A stretch of 15,311 bases of DNA from a virus. Taxonomy: Duplodnaviria; Heunggongvirae; Uroviricota; Caudoviricetes. Positions 5,128 through 13,800 of the stretch are shown piece by piece. The notes under the pieces were generated by a model. The model saw only the letters and a list, made by a program, of their open reading frames with translations, did no database searches and was not told where the DNA came from. The stretch lies in the IMG/VR virus record IMGVR_UViG_2703718829_000001; one strand, written 5' to 3'. The translations under genes were made by a program, and so were the position numbers. Each line of letters begins with the position of its first letter. Within the stretch, counting starts at the first letter, position 1.

Positions 5128-8100
5128 TTAAGAAACAGAAATACCAGTCGCGGCTTTCTTAGTAACAATTACAGAAAGATCGCTGATCCATGTGCTGGGA
5201 GTCCAGTTGTTGATTGCGCTTGAACTTACTTCAAAAGTTAGCGTAACTGGTCCGTGTCCGGCTGGCATATCAATAACAGCACTATACAATCCAGTCTGTC
5301 TACCATATGCACGGTTATATAATTCAGCACCGTTCTTGCGAACAATCAAGCGACAGTTATCATAGTAAGTATTGTTATTCGAGCCTTCACGCGCATTAAG
5401 ACCACCAAAGCTAATAGCCGGAACGATAATCTGACGATCAAACGGGTGATCATCTTCAATTCGAACAGTGATTGTACCTTGCGGATAACCGGGATAGCCC
5501 AATGATGGGTTTTCGTCCCAATGTGGGAATCGACGACCAATAGCTTTCACGAAGTCACCACGCACCTGATTAGCATCAAGCATACCCAAAATGCGGCAAC
5601 TTGAATTAATCGTTACGTTGTTCATTTCGCCGGAATCAGCCACCAAATGACCACGAATATTAGCGTGTCTAAAATGACAAGTGCCATCTTTGCCGATATA
5701 CCATCCATCGTTACCATTCCAGTTATAAGACTGGATATAGTTACCAATTTTAGCATTATCGATAGAGCCATCAATGATATGACCTGTTCCGATCTGTGCG
5801 TGTTGGATGTGAGCGCCGTTAATCTGGGCTGTGCCGATTTTAGCCGTGGTGATACTAGCATCACTAATCTGGGCTGTGCCAATTGCAGCATTACGAATCA
5901 TCGCATTATCGAGATAAACTTTGTTATCTTCGATACCAAACGGGCATACTTCCGATCCGTTCTGTGGAGCTACCGCGATTTTATCAGCCGTAAAGATGAT
6001 TCTCGTCGGTTGCGCCGGATCATTGGTTGCGCTCATATGAATACCAGCCACGCGACCATCTGCATTAACTGCCAGATTATATTTGCTGTTAATGGTTCCC
6101 TTCAAAGCATCGATCTTAACGTCAGCTTCCTGATTCACACCAGCAATCTTGCCATCCATTTCTACCCGAACTTGGTCGATCTTACTTGCGCTTGCTGCCT
6201 CACTGGTAGCAATTGCTTGTTTCAGGGTAGTAGCAGATGCGCTAACTTCATTGGTGATATCGCCTTTCAGTTCAGCCTTAACCTGATCAATCTTAGTGGA
6301 GCTGGCTTGCTCACTGGTAGCAATCAGACTCTTAAGGGTATCGGCTGAGGCTTGGACCGTCTTTCCGGTTTCGGTAGTGATTTGCTTATGCATTGCATCA
6401 ATCTTAGCATCGGCATTAGCGCCAGCTTGAGCAATAGCATCCGCGATGGTTTCATCTAAGCGATCTTGTAAACCAATCAGGTCTTCCAGTGCTTCTTTGT
6501 CCTGATCGTCCCAACTAATGGTAGATTTCATTTGCATGAAATACGGTTCAGACCAAACAGCATCATCCATACCGAAAATATCGTAGTGAGCACCACGGAT
6601 ATAATAATCACCGTCAGCCAAATCAAAGGAAGTATGACTAACGCTATTGGTAGTCACTGCCCTTGCATCTGAGAAAGTGTTATCGGTTGCATACTGGATG
6701 ATTGACCCTGCATAGTCATGTTCTACGTCATCCGCCCAGCTAACAAACGCAGTATTAAAGCCACCACGCGCACTAAAACCTTTCATCGGCTTATGTTGTG
6801 GGTTAATAGCCACTAAACGCGCTGGGGCGCTCTCTGAGTTGTTATAGCCCTTGACTGATACTTCTACCGTCAATTCACGGGAAAGGCCGTTAAACTGGTT
6901 CATATCAAGCGTATAGGTCCATGATTCAGGATCGCGGGTACGGTACTGAATAGACTTACCAGCCTTGTTAGTTACCTTGATAATGTATGCTTCAAACAGG
7001 TCACTAAACTTGTTAGTTTCACCGTTGATAACCACATCTAATTGTTGCTGATTTTCCCATTCGATAATCAGATCATTGCCTTCGAAAGTACCAGGTGAAC
7101 TACCCTGATTTTTGATGCGGATCACTGGAGTAGGCAGTTCATAGGTAACTTCTGGATTCTGGTTAACCAGTTCCACCCATTCGGAACGAGCAATAATACC
7201 GAAAGCACAAACGCGATAATCGTAGGAGCGATCTTTTGCCAGTGCATTGATATTGAAAATTTGCTGTGAAGTCTGTCCCAGCTTAATCCAGTTAGGTGAT
7301 CCACTCACACGATAATCAATCTGGAAACCGTAGCGGTTAAAATCTTCCGGTGCGTCCCATGTCAAAGTTACGTTTTTACCGTGGATTGTCTCACCAGTTG
7401 CCTTAATTCTGAAATTAGTCGGTTTCTGTACTGTCATTGAATCCGGTAAACCGGTAGGTCTATTGTCTGGAGTCGCCGCATAGTTCAGGTCAGTATAAAC
7501 CTGAGAATTATATTCTGTGGCGGTGATAGTCATCATCCCAGCAATACCAGAATCAATCGAGCGATCAATTGCAGTAATGCGCCAAAGTGAATTATTCAGT
7601 TTCAATTCATCATAGGTAACGCTAATAACATCCCACACTTCGGCAGTGAATGCGTCAGTAGTCATGAAGCTGATAACCTGAGTGATACGAGATTTATTTC
7701 GCTCAATGCTCGCGAGTTTATCAATCTGGGCTTTAGACTTAACAAAACGATATTCAATATCTTTAGCGATAATTCGACCATCTTGACGAATAGTAGCATC
7801 GTTTTCAGCATCAGCCGGATAACGTAGCATTTGCTCGGAATAGTCAATTGATGGTTCTTGATACATCGCGTTAATGGTATTGAAATAACCGTTAGTGCCA
7901 CCTGTTTTCAGTGATACTTTACCCATCATAATATTGTCTTCATTGAAGGTATGCTTAACAATATCAGGAGCATCCAGTTTCAGGGTAATTCTTCCGAAGG
8001 ATTCGAACATTACCCCGCCGAAAGTCTGCATAAGGCTAGTCAAGTTCTCTTTAAAGCTGGCGTTCGGATCACATGCACCGTTTGAATGCAAATCCATCTG

Positions 8101-8904
8101 GCGTACTTGCTTACGTACTTTCAGGAATGAATCAACGTTAATGTTTTCAATTGGTACTGATAGACCATATTTTTCATTTGTTAGGTAATGGAAAATCTGG
8201 TCCACGCCGTTAGTGCTAGCCTCAATAGCATTGGTTTCGAGGTTACGGATTTTTAAGCCCATAACATCGACCGCTACCTGGCTATTAGGCTGGAGAATAT
8301 CAACACCAGCAGCCAAAGATTTGTCATCACGACGTAAAACAATACACATGGTCGCAATGCCGTTACCCTGATACCGATCATCCCAATCAGCGCCCAAATG
8401 ATGTTTAGCAAGATCTAATGCAGTGTTAGGATTTTTACCCGTGCGAAACTCGACTTCTAACACTTTGCGATATTCGTCTTTAATGTTTCCTTTATCGAGA
8501 ATACCATCACGAATTGTCATATTCTGACTAATGAGAACGTTTTTATTATCGATGTGCAGTGCTTTAAAGTGATCGATCTCACCTTCGGCAATAGCAAAAA
8601 TTTGTACCAGTTTGTTATTTTCACGCTGTGAAATTGCTTTGTAAACGCAGATTGCACCAGTTCGGGTAGTACCGAAAAGAACGGGTAATACTGTCTTAGG
8701 ATCGTTTGATGTTCCTAGTGTCACCGCATTATCCGGGCTTTGTACTTTCGGTGTTTTTGGTGCGCCTACAGTGGAAGCAATCAAGGTCATTGCACCAGCA
8801 GCCATACCGATAGCGACTGCGGTCATAACAGAAAATGTTGCAGCAGCAGCCATCCCAGCAGACGCACCAGCAATAACCGCGCCTACCAATACTTCAAATC
8901 CCAT
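5128..8904 (-). CDS. Central tail fibre / tip attachment protein J-like (host specificity protein) with a gpI-like N-terminal segment
   Basis: 1258-aa ORF with ATG at 8904 and a GGGGGTG Shine-Dalgarno. The N-terminal ~100 aa are a Gly/Ala-rich hydrophobic stretch followed by APKTPKVQSPDN...VLPVLFGTTRTG, resembling the C-terminal half of lambda tail assembly protein I as recalled. The C-terminal ~120 aa (…DDHPFDRQIIVPAISF…DMPAGHGPVTLTFEV…KKAATGISVS) closely resemble the C-terminus of lambda gpJ as recalled. Internal coiled-coil and IGTAQI-type repeats are present. Confidence 0.88.
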   Translation of the reverse strand: MGFEVLVGAVIAGASAGMAAAATFSVMTAVAIGMAAGAMTLIASTVGAPKTPKVQSPDNAVTLGTSNDPKTVLPVLFGTTRTGAICVYKAISQRENNKLVQIFAIAEGEIDHFKALHIDNKNVLISQNMTIRDGILDKGNIKDEYRKVLEVEFRTGKNPNTALDLAKHHLGADWDDRYQGNGIATMCIVLRRDDKSLAAGVDILQPNSQVAVDVMGLKIRNLETNAIEASTNGVDQIFHYLTNEKYGLSVPIENINVDSFLKVRKQVRQMDLHSNGACDPNASFKENLTSLMQTFGGVMFESFGRITLKLDAPDIVKHTFNEDNIMMGKVSLKTGGTNGYFNTINAMYQEPSIDYSEQMLRYPADAENDATIRQDGRIIAKDIEYRFVKSKAQIDKLASIERNKSRITQVISFMTTDAFTAEVWDVISVTYDELKLNNSLWRITAIDRSIDSGIAGMMTITATEYNSQVYTDLNYAATPDNRPTGLPDSMTVQKPTNFRIKATGETIHGKNVTLTWDAPEDFNRYGFQIDYRVSGSPNWIKLGQTSQQIFNINALAKDRSYDYRVCAFGIIARSEWVELVNQNPEVTYELPTPVIRIKNQGSSPGTFEGNDLIIEWENQQQLDVVINGETNKFSDLFEAYIIKVTNKAGKSIQYRTRDPESWTYTLDMNQFNGLSRELTVEVSVKGYNNSESAPARLVAINPQHKPMKGFSARGGFNTAFVSWADDVEHDYAGSIIQYATDNTFSDARAVTTNSVSHTSFDLADGDYYIRGAHYDIFGMDDAVWSEPYFMQMKSTISWDDQDKEALEDLIGLQDRLDETIADAIAQAGANADAKIDAMHKQITTETGKTVQASADTLKSLIATSEQASSTKIDQVKAELKGDITNEVSASATTLKQAIATSEAASASKIDQVRVEMDGKIAGVNQEADVKIDALKGTINSKYNLAVNADGRVAGIHMSATNDPAQPTRIIFTADKIAVAPQNGSEVCPFGIEDNKVYLDNAMIRNAAIGTAQISDASITTAKIGTAQINGAHIQHAQIGTGHIIDGSIDNAKIGNYIQSYNWNGNDGWYIGKDGTCHFRHANIRGHLVADSGEMNNVTINSSCRILGMLDANQVRGDFVKAIGRRFPHWDENPSLGYPGYPQGTITVRIEDDHPFDRQIIVPAISFGGLNAREGSNNNTYYDNCRLIVRKNGAELYNRAYGRQTGLYSAVIDMPAGHGPVTLTFEVSSSAINNWTPSTWISDLSVIVTKKAATGISVS
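5819..5888. repeat. Short periodic repeat inside the fibre gene (TAATCTGGGCTGTGCC(G/A)ATT, two copies about 48 nt apart)
   Basis: Near-identical 20-mers at 5819-5838 and 5867-5886. They encode the repeated (A)QI(G/S)(T/D)A-type peptide units (IGTAQI...) in the fibre shaft region. Confidence 0.45.
6171..6350. repeat. Degenerate ~105-nt tandem repeat (two copies) inside the fibre gene
   Basis: The blocks at ~6171-6240 and ~6276-6350 share the core CTCACTGGTAGCAAT and flanking similarity. The protein shows a matching 35-aa repeat (ASADTLKSLIATSEQASSTKIDQVKAELKGDI / ASATTLKQAIATSEAASASKIDQVRVEMDGKI). Confidence 0.5.
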
Positions 8905-9323
8905 TATTCACCCCCGAATCTATAAACTTGTTCATAGTCAATGTCTGAAACAGGAATGGTCATCCAGATACCATCTTCTTCAACGAGGCCATAACCGGAA
9001 TAATGAGGAACTACGGAATAATATTTGCGGTTTCCTAATTTGTGGGCTGTGACCAGTAAGTCGCCGTCCTGTAAGTCATCAGTGACTAATTTGAAATGTT
9101 TCTTAATTGGTTGAAGGATATTTGAATACCCGCTTAATTCTTTGCAGATTTTCAAGCCTTCTTCTTTAGTTGAATATTTTTTATAAAGAGAATTATATAG
9201 GTCAGTACCAGCGAGAATATCGATGATCTTACATGCAATGAGATTGCAATCATTCTCGCCTTGAACGAACTCCTGACCTATTAAAGAATTGATATAATCG
9301 GTGATAAGCCTAGTTTTTAGCAT
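8904..9323 (-). CDS. Minor tail protein, gpK-like with NlpC/P60-type motif (about 140 aa)
   Basis: Start chosen at ATG 9323 (MLKTRL...) with a GGAGGT Shine-Dalgarno 6 nt upstream. The longer ORF-track version (start 9479) would overlap the upstream gene by 110 nt. NDCNLIACKII ... DGDLLV ... H motifs resemble the C-terminal NlpC/P60 half of lambda gpK as recalled. The stop overlaps the fibre ATG (TAATG). Confidence 0.6.
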   Translation of the reverse strand: MLKTRLITDYINSLIGQEFVQGENDCNLIACKIIDILAGTDLYNSLYKKYSTKEEGLKICKELSGYSNILQPIKKHFKLVTDDLQDGDLLVTAHKLGNRKYYSVVPHYSGYGLVEEDGIWMTIPVSDIDYEQVYRFGGE

Positions 9324-9369
9324 GTTGAATACCTCCATGCAGTTATTTACTAGGCTTAGGGAGAAGGGA

Positions 9370-10023
9370 TTATTTCTTCGATGAATGCCACTTGCTTTCT
9401 GAGTTCCACTTCCCGGCACGGGAGAAGAATAGATCGTTCTCGTTTCCAACATAGGATCGGTGGATACCATCGGAGGCATGACTACGAGCGTTTTTATCTA
9501 GAACTTCCCAGATACTATTAAGCTGAAATTCTGATTCGTTTTTACACTCATCATCTTCATGTTCGATGTTAATCCCGATGGAATCGACTACCCCACGGAA
9601 AACAGGGTAAGTGGTTTCAACCTTGCCCGTGTTAGGGTTCAGGAACACCATTTCGATTTTCACATCAGATTTATCGAATTGCTTGTTTCGAATCAGGGTA
9701 ATGTATTCCTCGCGAACGTTAGAAACGGTTACGTTAATCCCGTTGTTGTTGATCTCCTTCTCTTCGGTATTCGATGAGATTTGAAGAAAATCACCCGTTG
9801 CGAGATATGTAAATCCGTTATAGTCCAAATCGAAATACCCATCTGTAAGCCGTAGAACGTCCCCTGACGCTGTTATCACTTCGATAATGTGAAACATCGA
9901 TCCAGTAGAAAAAAGCTGCGGTAGCGTCAATCTAGACACGTTCTGACCTGTCTGGTCGTTGTAGACCTCGATGAAGTCCAGATTAGTGCATAGTTTGCTG
10001 AATGATTCCTGAATAGTTGCCAT
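9370..10023 (-). CDS. Minor tail protein (gpL-like position), about 217 aa
   Basis: Start chosen at ATG 10023 (MATIQESF...), which overlaps the stop of the upstream gene (ATGTAA-type coupling). The ORF-track N-terminal extension to 10077 is rejected. Assignment rests mainly on position between the M-like and K-like genes; the Cys content is low. Confidence 0.55.
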   Translation of the reverse strand: MATIQESFSKLCTNLDFIEVYNDQTGQNVSRLTLPQLFSTGSMFHIIEVITASGDVLRLTDGYFDLDYNGFTYLATGDFLQISSNTEEKEINNNGINVTVSNVREEYITLIRNKQFDKSDVKIEMVFLNPNTGKVETTYPVFRGVVDSIGINIEHEDDECKNESEFQLNSIWEVLDKNARSHASDGIHRSYVGNENDLFFSRAGKWNSESKWHSSKK

Positions 10024-10583
10024 TATACATTCTCCACTAATTCGAATTTCATCTTGCCAATCTGGGCGATCTTCCAATCGATATTTTCAGTTTTGAGAAC
10101 AAATTCGCCTTCTACGTTTTGATACTTGATCACCTCACCCGCCAGGACGTTCTGACGCAAGTTAGGGAAGAGTTTCATTTCACCACCTGATTTCACGTCT
10201 TCGGTGATCGTGTAGATTTTCTTGTGGTTCTCAAACTGGATGACAGTTCCCGCTTTCAGTGTTCCGGTGAAGTTGGAGAGTCTTACCTTGCGTCCACCGC
10301 GAGCAGTACCAGCAGCAGCCGTAACCATCTGGCGTACATCACCTGTATATTTTGAAAAGTAAGACAGTGGCACACTGAAAGGACGACCAAAAAGGTGACG
10401 TGCTACAAATTCTTTTACTTCGTTAATATCCTGAGCCATGAAATTAGCTGTAAATTCTGCTTCATAAAAATGAATGCCAGTAAAGCGACGTTGAAATTTA
10501 CCAGAAATAGATTGTGCCTTGAAGAAAGGCTGTTTTGATTTAAGAGTAAAATCTGTGATTTTAATATTCTTGGATTTGAACAT
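10023..10583 (-). CDS. Minor tail protein (distal tail / gpM position), 186 aa
   Basis: ATG at 10583 with a GGGGG Shine-Dalgarno 6 nt upstream, first gene after the tape measure gene. Assignment by synteny; no sequence motif recognised. Confidence 0.6.
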   Translation of the reverse strand: MFKSKNIKITDFTLKSKQPFFKAQSISGKFQRRFTGIHFYEAEFTANFMAQDINEVKEFVARHLFGRPFSVPLSYFSKYTGDVRQMVTAAAGTARGGRKVRLSNFTGTLKAGTVIQFENHKKIYTITEDVKSGGEMKLFPNLRQNVLAGEVIKYQNVEGEFVLKTENIDWKIAQIGKMKFELVENV

Positions 10584-10589
10584 AGAAAA

Positions 10590-10627
10590 GCCCCCATAGT
10601 TTTATGATTATTTATCACTATGAGGGC
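10590..10627 (-). promoter_or_regulatory. RNA stem-loop burying the Shine-Dalgarno of the first minor tail gene (copy 1 of a recurring motif)
   Basis: Minus-strand RNA reads GCCCUCAUAGU-(16-nt loop)-ACUAUGGGGGC, an 11-bp stem with one G-U wobble. It starts 6 nt after the tape measure stop (10634). The 3' arm carries GGGGG, and the AUG at 10583 lies 6 nt beyond. Flanked by A4 and U4. Confidence 0.45.
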
Positions 10628-10633
10628 TTTTAA

Positions 10634-13063
10634 TTACATCTTACGGCGCTGTGCGTCTTCTACCGCCTGAGCAACTAACTTAGCGTGACGTTTGATAGCA
10701 TCCATGACCATCTTGTCTGAGCTATTAACGTTGCCGTTAATGTTCAAAGGCGCATTAACTTCAATCGGCTGAGAGTTGCCACCGCCTGATTTTTGAGCAG
10801 CAAGGAAGTCTTTCAAATCACCGTTAGTACGCTGATCAACTACTCGTTCACCCTTATCAAGCAACCATGTACCCTCACGAGGGATGTTATCAATACCATC
10901 ATGAGCCATACCGCTAACGTTAGTAGACTTGATGTTTGCGATGCTCCCCATGTTCTGAGAAACAGCCAATGCAGCAGCCGCGATTTTTTGACCTGTGGTT
11001 ACGTTGGTCGGATCGTTCCATGCATCGGTAGCAGCCGTCCACATGTTCACCGTCGCTTGTCCAATGGAGAATGCTTTATGAGCAGTGAAAGCCATCTGCA
11101 TAGCTTTAGTGTTTTCCTGCCCGAAGAGAGTCATTGCAGCAGCAAAACCGCCATACATATCATCGGCTATTGACTGTCGAGCATCAGCATATTTCTTCTC
11201 AATTGCAGCCATTCGTTTTTGATGGTTTTCATTGAGTTTTTCTAATGCTTCCATCCGTTTAGCCGGATCATTAATACCGTCAATCTTGAGTTTATCGGTT
11301 TTATAATCTTGTTCCGCTTCCGATTTCTCTTTATCGATTGCATTAAATTTAGCAAACGGGTTATTTGAATCCTGATAGTCTAAGCTATTGGTCAACTGAT
11401 TGGTTTTAAAACCATCCATTCCCTGTAAAGAATTTTCAATCTGAGAATAGTTTTGCTCGGTATCGTTCACACGACGCATATATTCTTCGTAGGAGATAGC
11501 TTTACCATCAAGTAACCGTTTATGGCTTTCTAGCTCGTTGTCCCTTATTTGTTGCAATTGTGTTAAGGCATTCAAAGCATCAACCGGATCAGCACCTAAA
11601 ACCATTTTGTATACGTTTTCAGTATTCTGATCGATTAAGGATTGGCGTTTCGCGGCTGCGTCTTGCTGAGAGATTAAGCCCAGATCTAAAGCAGTGTCCA
11701 AATCTTTCAAGCTGGCTTCTAACTGCTTGTTCTGAGAAGCAATAGACGCGGCGACCTGCCCTTGCAATTTAACATCAAGTGCATTCAGACGCTTGATTGC
11801 ATCCTCACGTTCTTTCTGTGCTTTTTCTGCGGCTTCCTTAGCCTTTTTAGCTGCCTCTTCCGCTTTCTTGCGTGCTTCTTCTTCGGCTTTCTTCTCATTG
11901 CCAGACTTACCCAATGATTCTGGTCTTACTGGTTTATTTGGTATAGTCAAATCACGGTTAGGATCTGCCTTGCGAGTTAGATGTTCCCCGTTATCGACAA
12001 CAATCAGAGAGCCATTTTTCTTATAAGAATCACCAAAACGTTTCTTAAATCCTTCAACATCAAAGCCAGCAGTACGAGGATCGACACCAGCACCACGGAT
12101 CGCGGCCTTTTCCCAATCTGCCAGATTATTCCAACGCTTTTCTTTATTGTACTTGTCAATAATTTTTTGAGCGTCTTTATGGTTGGCGTTAAGAATACCG
12201 CCAGTTGCGGTCTTGCCTTCTTTATTCAGTCGATCTAATGCCCTGAATAGAGAACTCTTTTCCCAATCAATATTAAACCAGTCAAATAACCAGTTTAAAC
12301 TATCAACCAGCGGACCAGTAATGGTCATGCCGACCCCTTTCAGGTTATTTTCCAGCTTATTGATATTTTGAGAAAATTTATCATATTTTTTAGCGTTTTC
12401 TTCGGTGACGTTAACAGATTGATTCTGAATAGCGATCATCGCCTCTTGAGCACTATTATATTTCTCAAGCTGGCTGGTCATATGGCTTGAATCACTGGCT
12501 AAAGATTCCATCATGAACTTGATTTCAGCCATTGATTTTCCGGCTTTCTTCATGTCATAGAACACTTGGATCGCCGCTTTCATACCACCTTGCGGATCTG
12601 TCATGAAGTGAGCATAGTTTTCTAACTTAAGACCAACCGATTCTAAGTCATCAGCAATACCACCACCATTAGCCCACGCATCACCCATTTTATCTAAGGT
12701 GTCTTTGTTGATATCGCCAAATTTTTCAACTGTTAGGCCAGTGCCAGAAAATTCCTTTTCTAGTCTTTGAAGGGATTCAATCGAGAGTCCGGTCGCCTTA
12801 GATACTTCTGAATACTGTTTAACGTATTCCGCGCCAGCTTTAGCGGCTGCAACCACTGCGGTCGCAACTAAGCCGATACCACCAGCAGCCAAACCAGCAG
12901 AGCCAGCGATCCCACGAAGAGATCCAGTCAGACCAGATAAGCCACCACCAAAATCAATATTACTTGCCTTTTCAGACAAACGATCGAGAAGGTCGGCGGC
13001 TTCATTGGTACTTCTCCTTAGACCTTTATTATCCCCTTCTATTGTTACTATATGTCTTGTCAT
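10634..13063 (-). CDS. Tail tape measure protein (809 aa)
   Basis: Large ORF directly downstream of the chaperone pair, with ATG at 13063. It has a Gly-rich hydrophobic N-terminal segment and a long Lys/Glu/Ala-rich coiled coil (KKAEEEARKKAEEAAKKAKEAAEKAQKERED), typical of tape measure proteins. By the rough 0.15 nm per residue rule the tail would be about 120 nm. Confidence 0.88.
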   Translation of the reverse strand: MTRHIVTIEGDNKGLRRSTNEAADLLDRLSEKASNIDFGGGLSGLTGSLRGIAGSAGLAAGGIGLVATAVVAAAKAGAEYVKQYSEVSKATGLSIESLQRLEKEFSGTGLTVEKFGDINKDTLDKMGDAWANGGGIADDLESVGLKLENYAHFMTDPQGGMKAAIQVFYDMKKAGKSMAEIKFMMESLASDSSHMTSQLEKYNSAQEAMIAIQNQSVNVTEENAKKYDKFSQNINKLENNLKGVGMTITGPLVDSLNWLFDWFNIDWEKSSLFRALDRLNKEGKTATGGILNANHKDAQKIIDKYNKEKRWNNLADWEKAAIRGAGVDPRTAGFDVEGFKKRFGDSYKKNGSLIVVDNGEHLTRKADPNRDLTIPNKPVRPESLGKSGNEKKAEEEARKKAEEAAKKAKEAAEKAQKEREDAIKRLNALDVKLQGQVAASIASQNKQLEASLKDLDTALDLGLISQQDAAAKRQSLIDQNTENVYKMVLGADPVDALNALTQLQQIRDNELESHKRLLDGKAISYEEYMRRVNDTEQNYSQIENSLQGMDGFKTNQLTNSLDYQDSNNPFAKFNAIDKEKSEAEQDYKTDKLKIDGINDPAKRMEALEKLNENHQKRMAAIEKKYADARQSIADDMYGGFAAAMTLFGQENTKAMQMAFTAHKAFSIGQATVNMWTAATDAWNDPTNVTTGQKIAAAALAVSQNMGSIANIKSTNVSGMAHDGIDNIPREGTWLLDKGERVVDQRTNGDLKDFLAAQKSGGGNSQPIEVNAPLNINGNVNSSDKMVMDAIKRHAKLVAQAVEDAQRRKM

Positions 13064-13066
13064 AAA

Positions 13067-13417
13067 TTACCCCGTTTGTGCGCTTCTGAGTTTCTCAAGC
13101 AAAGATGGATCGAACATGCTCAATGTTGCAGCTTTACGTTCTTCTTCTTTCTTGCGTGCAAGTTCTTCCAGTTCTTCTTTAGTTTTAAAGAGTTTTTCTT
13201 CTCTAATTAATTGGAATTGGCTAGGCTTGAGTTTACGTGCAGTTTCACGAGTCATTCCTTGCGACGTCATATACATGGAATATTGCAACATCGCATTCTG
13301 CATATCATGAAACGCGGGGCTTTGTGGTTCTAAGTAGGTGTCGAAAATGTATAATTTCCAAAACAGAGTGATTGGCATATTATCCATTTCATCTTTACTA
13401 AGCCCCGATCTCATCAT
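13067..13417 (-). CDS. Tail assembly chaperone, gpT-like second ORF (possibly expressed as a G-T fusion by -1 frameshift)
   Basis: 116-aa ORF between the G-like ORF and the tape measure gene, with no convincing Shine-Dalgarno before its ATG ATG at 13417. Its frame is -1 relative to the G-like ORF and open over the last ~15 nt of that ORF. C-terminal charged helix (KTKEELEELARKKEEERK). Confidence 0.55.
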   Translation of the reverse strand: MMRSGLSKDEMDNMPITLFWKLYIFDTYLEPQSPAFHDMQNAMLQYSMYMTSQGMTRETARKLKPSQFQLIREEKLFKTKEELEELARKKEEERKAATLSMFDPSLLEKLRSAQTG

Positions 13418-13446
13418 TTGCCGAAAGTAGAAATTCAGAAGCGGGT

Positions 13447-13755
13447 TTACTTTACCTCGTTTTCAATTACTGCCGGATCTTGCATCAATGATGCTTGAGC
13501 AACCAAACCGATTAATTCACTTCGAACGTTAGTATACAGTGCCTTAACTTGTTCCATAGATTCAAATACTGGCTTGCCGTCTTCATCTTCAATACAACGA
13601 AGAATAGAACGTTCATCACGGTCTTCTTTATCAGTATTGAAAACATGTTCATTAAATTCTTTTACTGACATAGGGCGAGCATAGAAAGTGAATCCACCGA
13701 TGGTCAAAGATTCGCGTTTCGGAGAGAGTGCGGCTAACATTTCGTTAATATTCAT
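13447..13755 (-). CDS. Tail assembly chaperone, gpG-like (102 aa)
   Basis: ATG at 13755 with a strong AGAGGAAA Shine-Dalgarno. Small acidic protein immediately after the tube gene and its terminator, the canonical position of the G chaperone. Confidence 0.6.
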   Translation of the reverse strand: MNINEMLAALSPKRESLTIGGFTFYARPMSVKEFNEHVFNTDKEDRDERSILRCIEDEDGKPVFESMEQVKALYTNVRSELIGLVAQASLMQDPAVIENEVK

Positions 13756-13800
13756 TATTGTTTCCTCTTAAGTTAATTCGATATGTTTATTTAGAATTGG

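Noticed and set aside
5647-6348. 233-aa plus-strand ORF (and other plus-strand ORFs at 7895-8188, 8740-9052, 9559-9777, 10793-11173, 11560-12371, 13005-13310, 13859-14521)
   Set aside because: All lie antisense to, and wholly inside, long minus-strand genes with clear structural-protein character. They have no Shine-Dalgarno and show low-complexity or Cys/Ser-rich composition typical of antisense frames.
9324-9479. N-terminal extension of the K-like ORF back to 9479, and extension of the upstream minor tail ORF to 10077
   Set aside because: The extensions would overlap the upstream genes by 110 and 55 nt. Internal ATGs with good Shine-Dalgarno sequence (9323) or stop/start coupling (10023) give tidy operon junctions.
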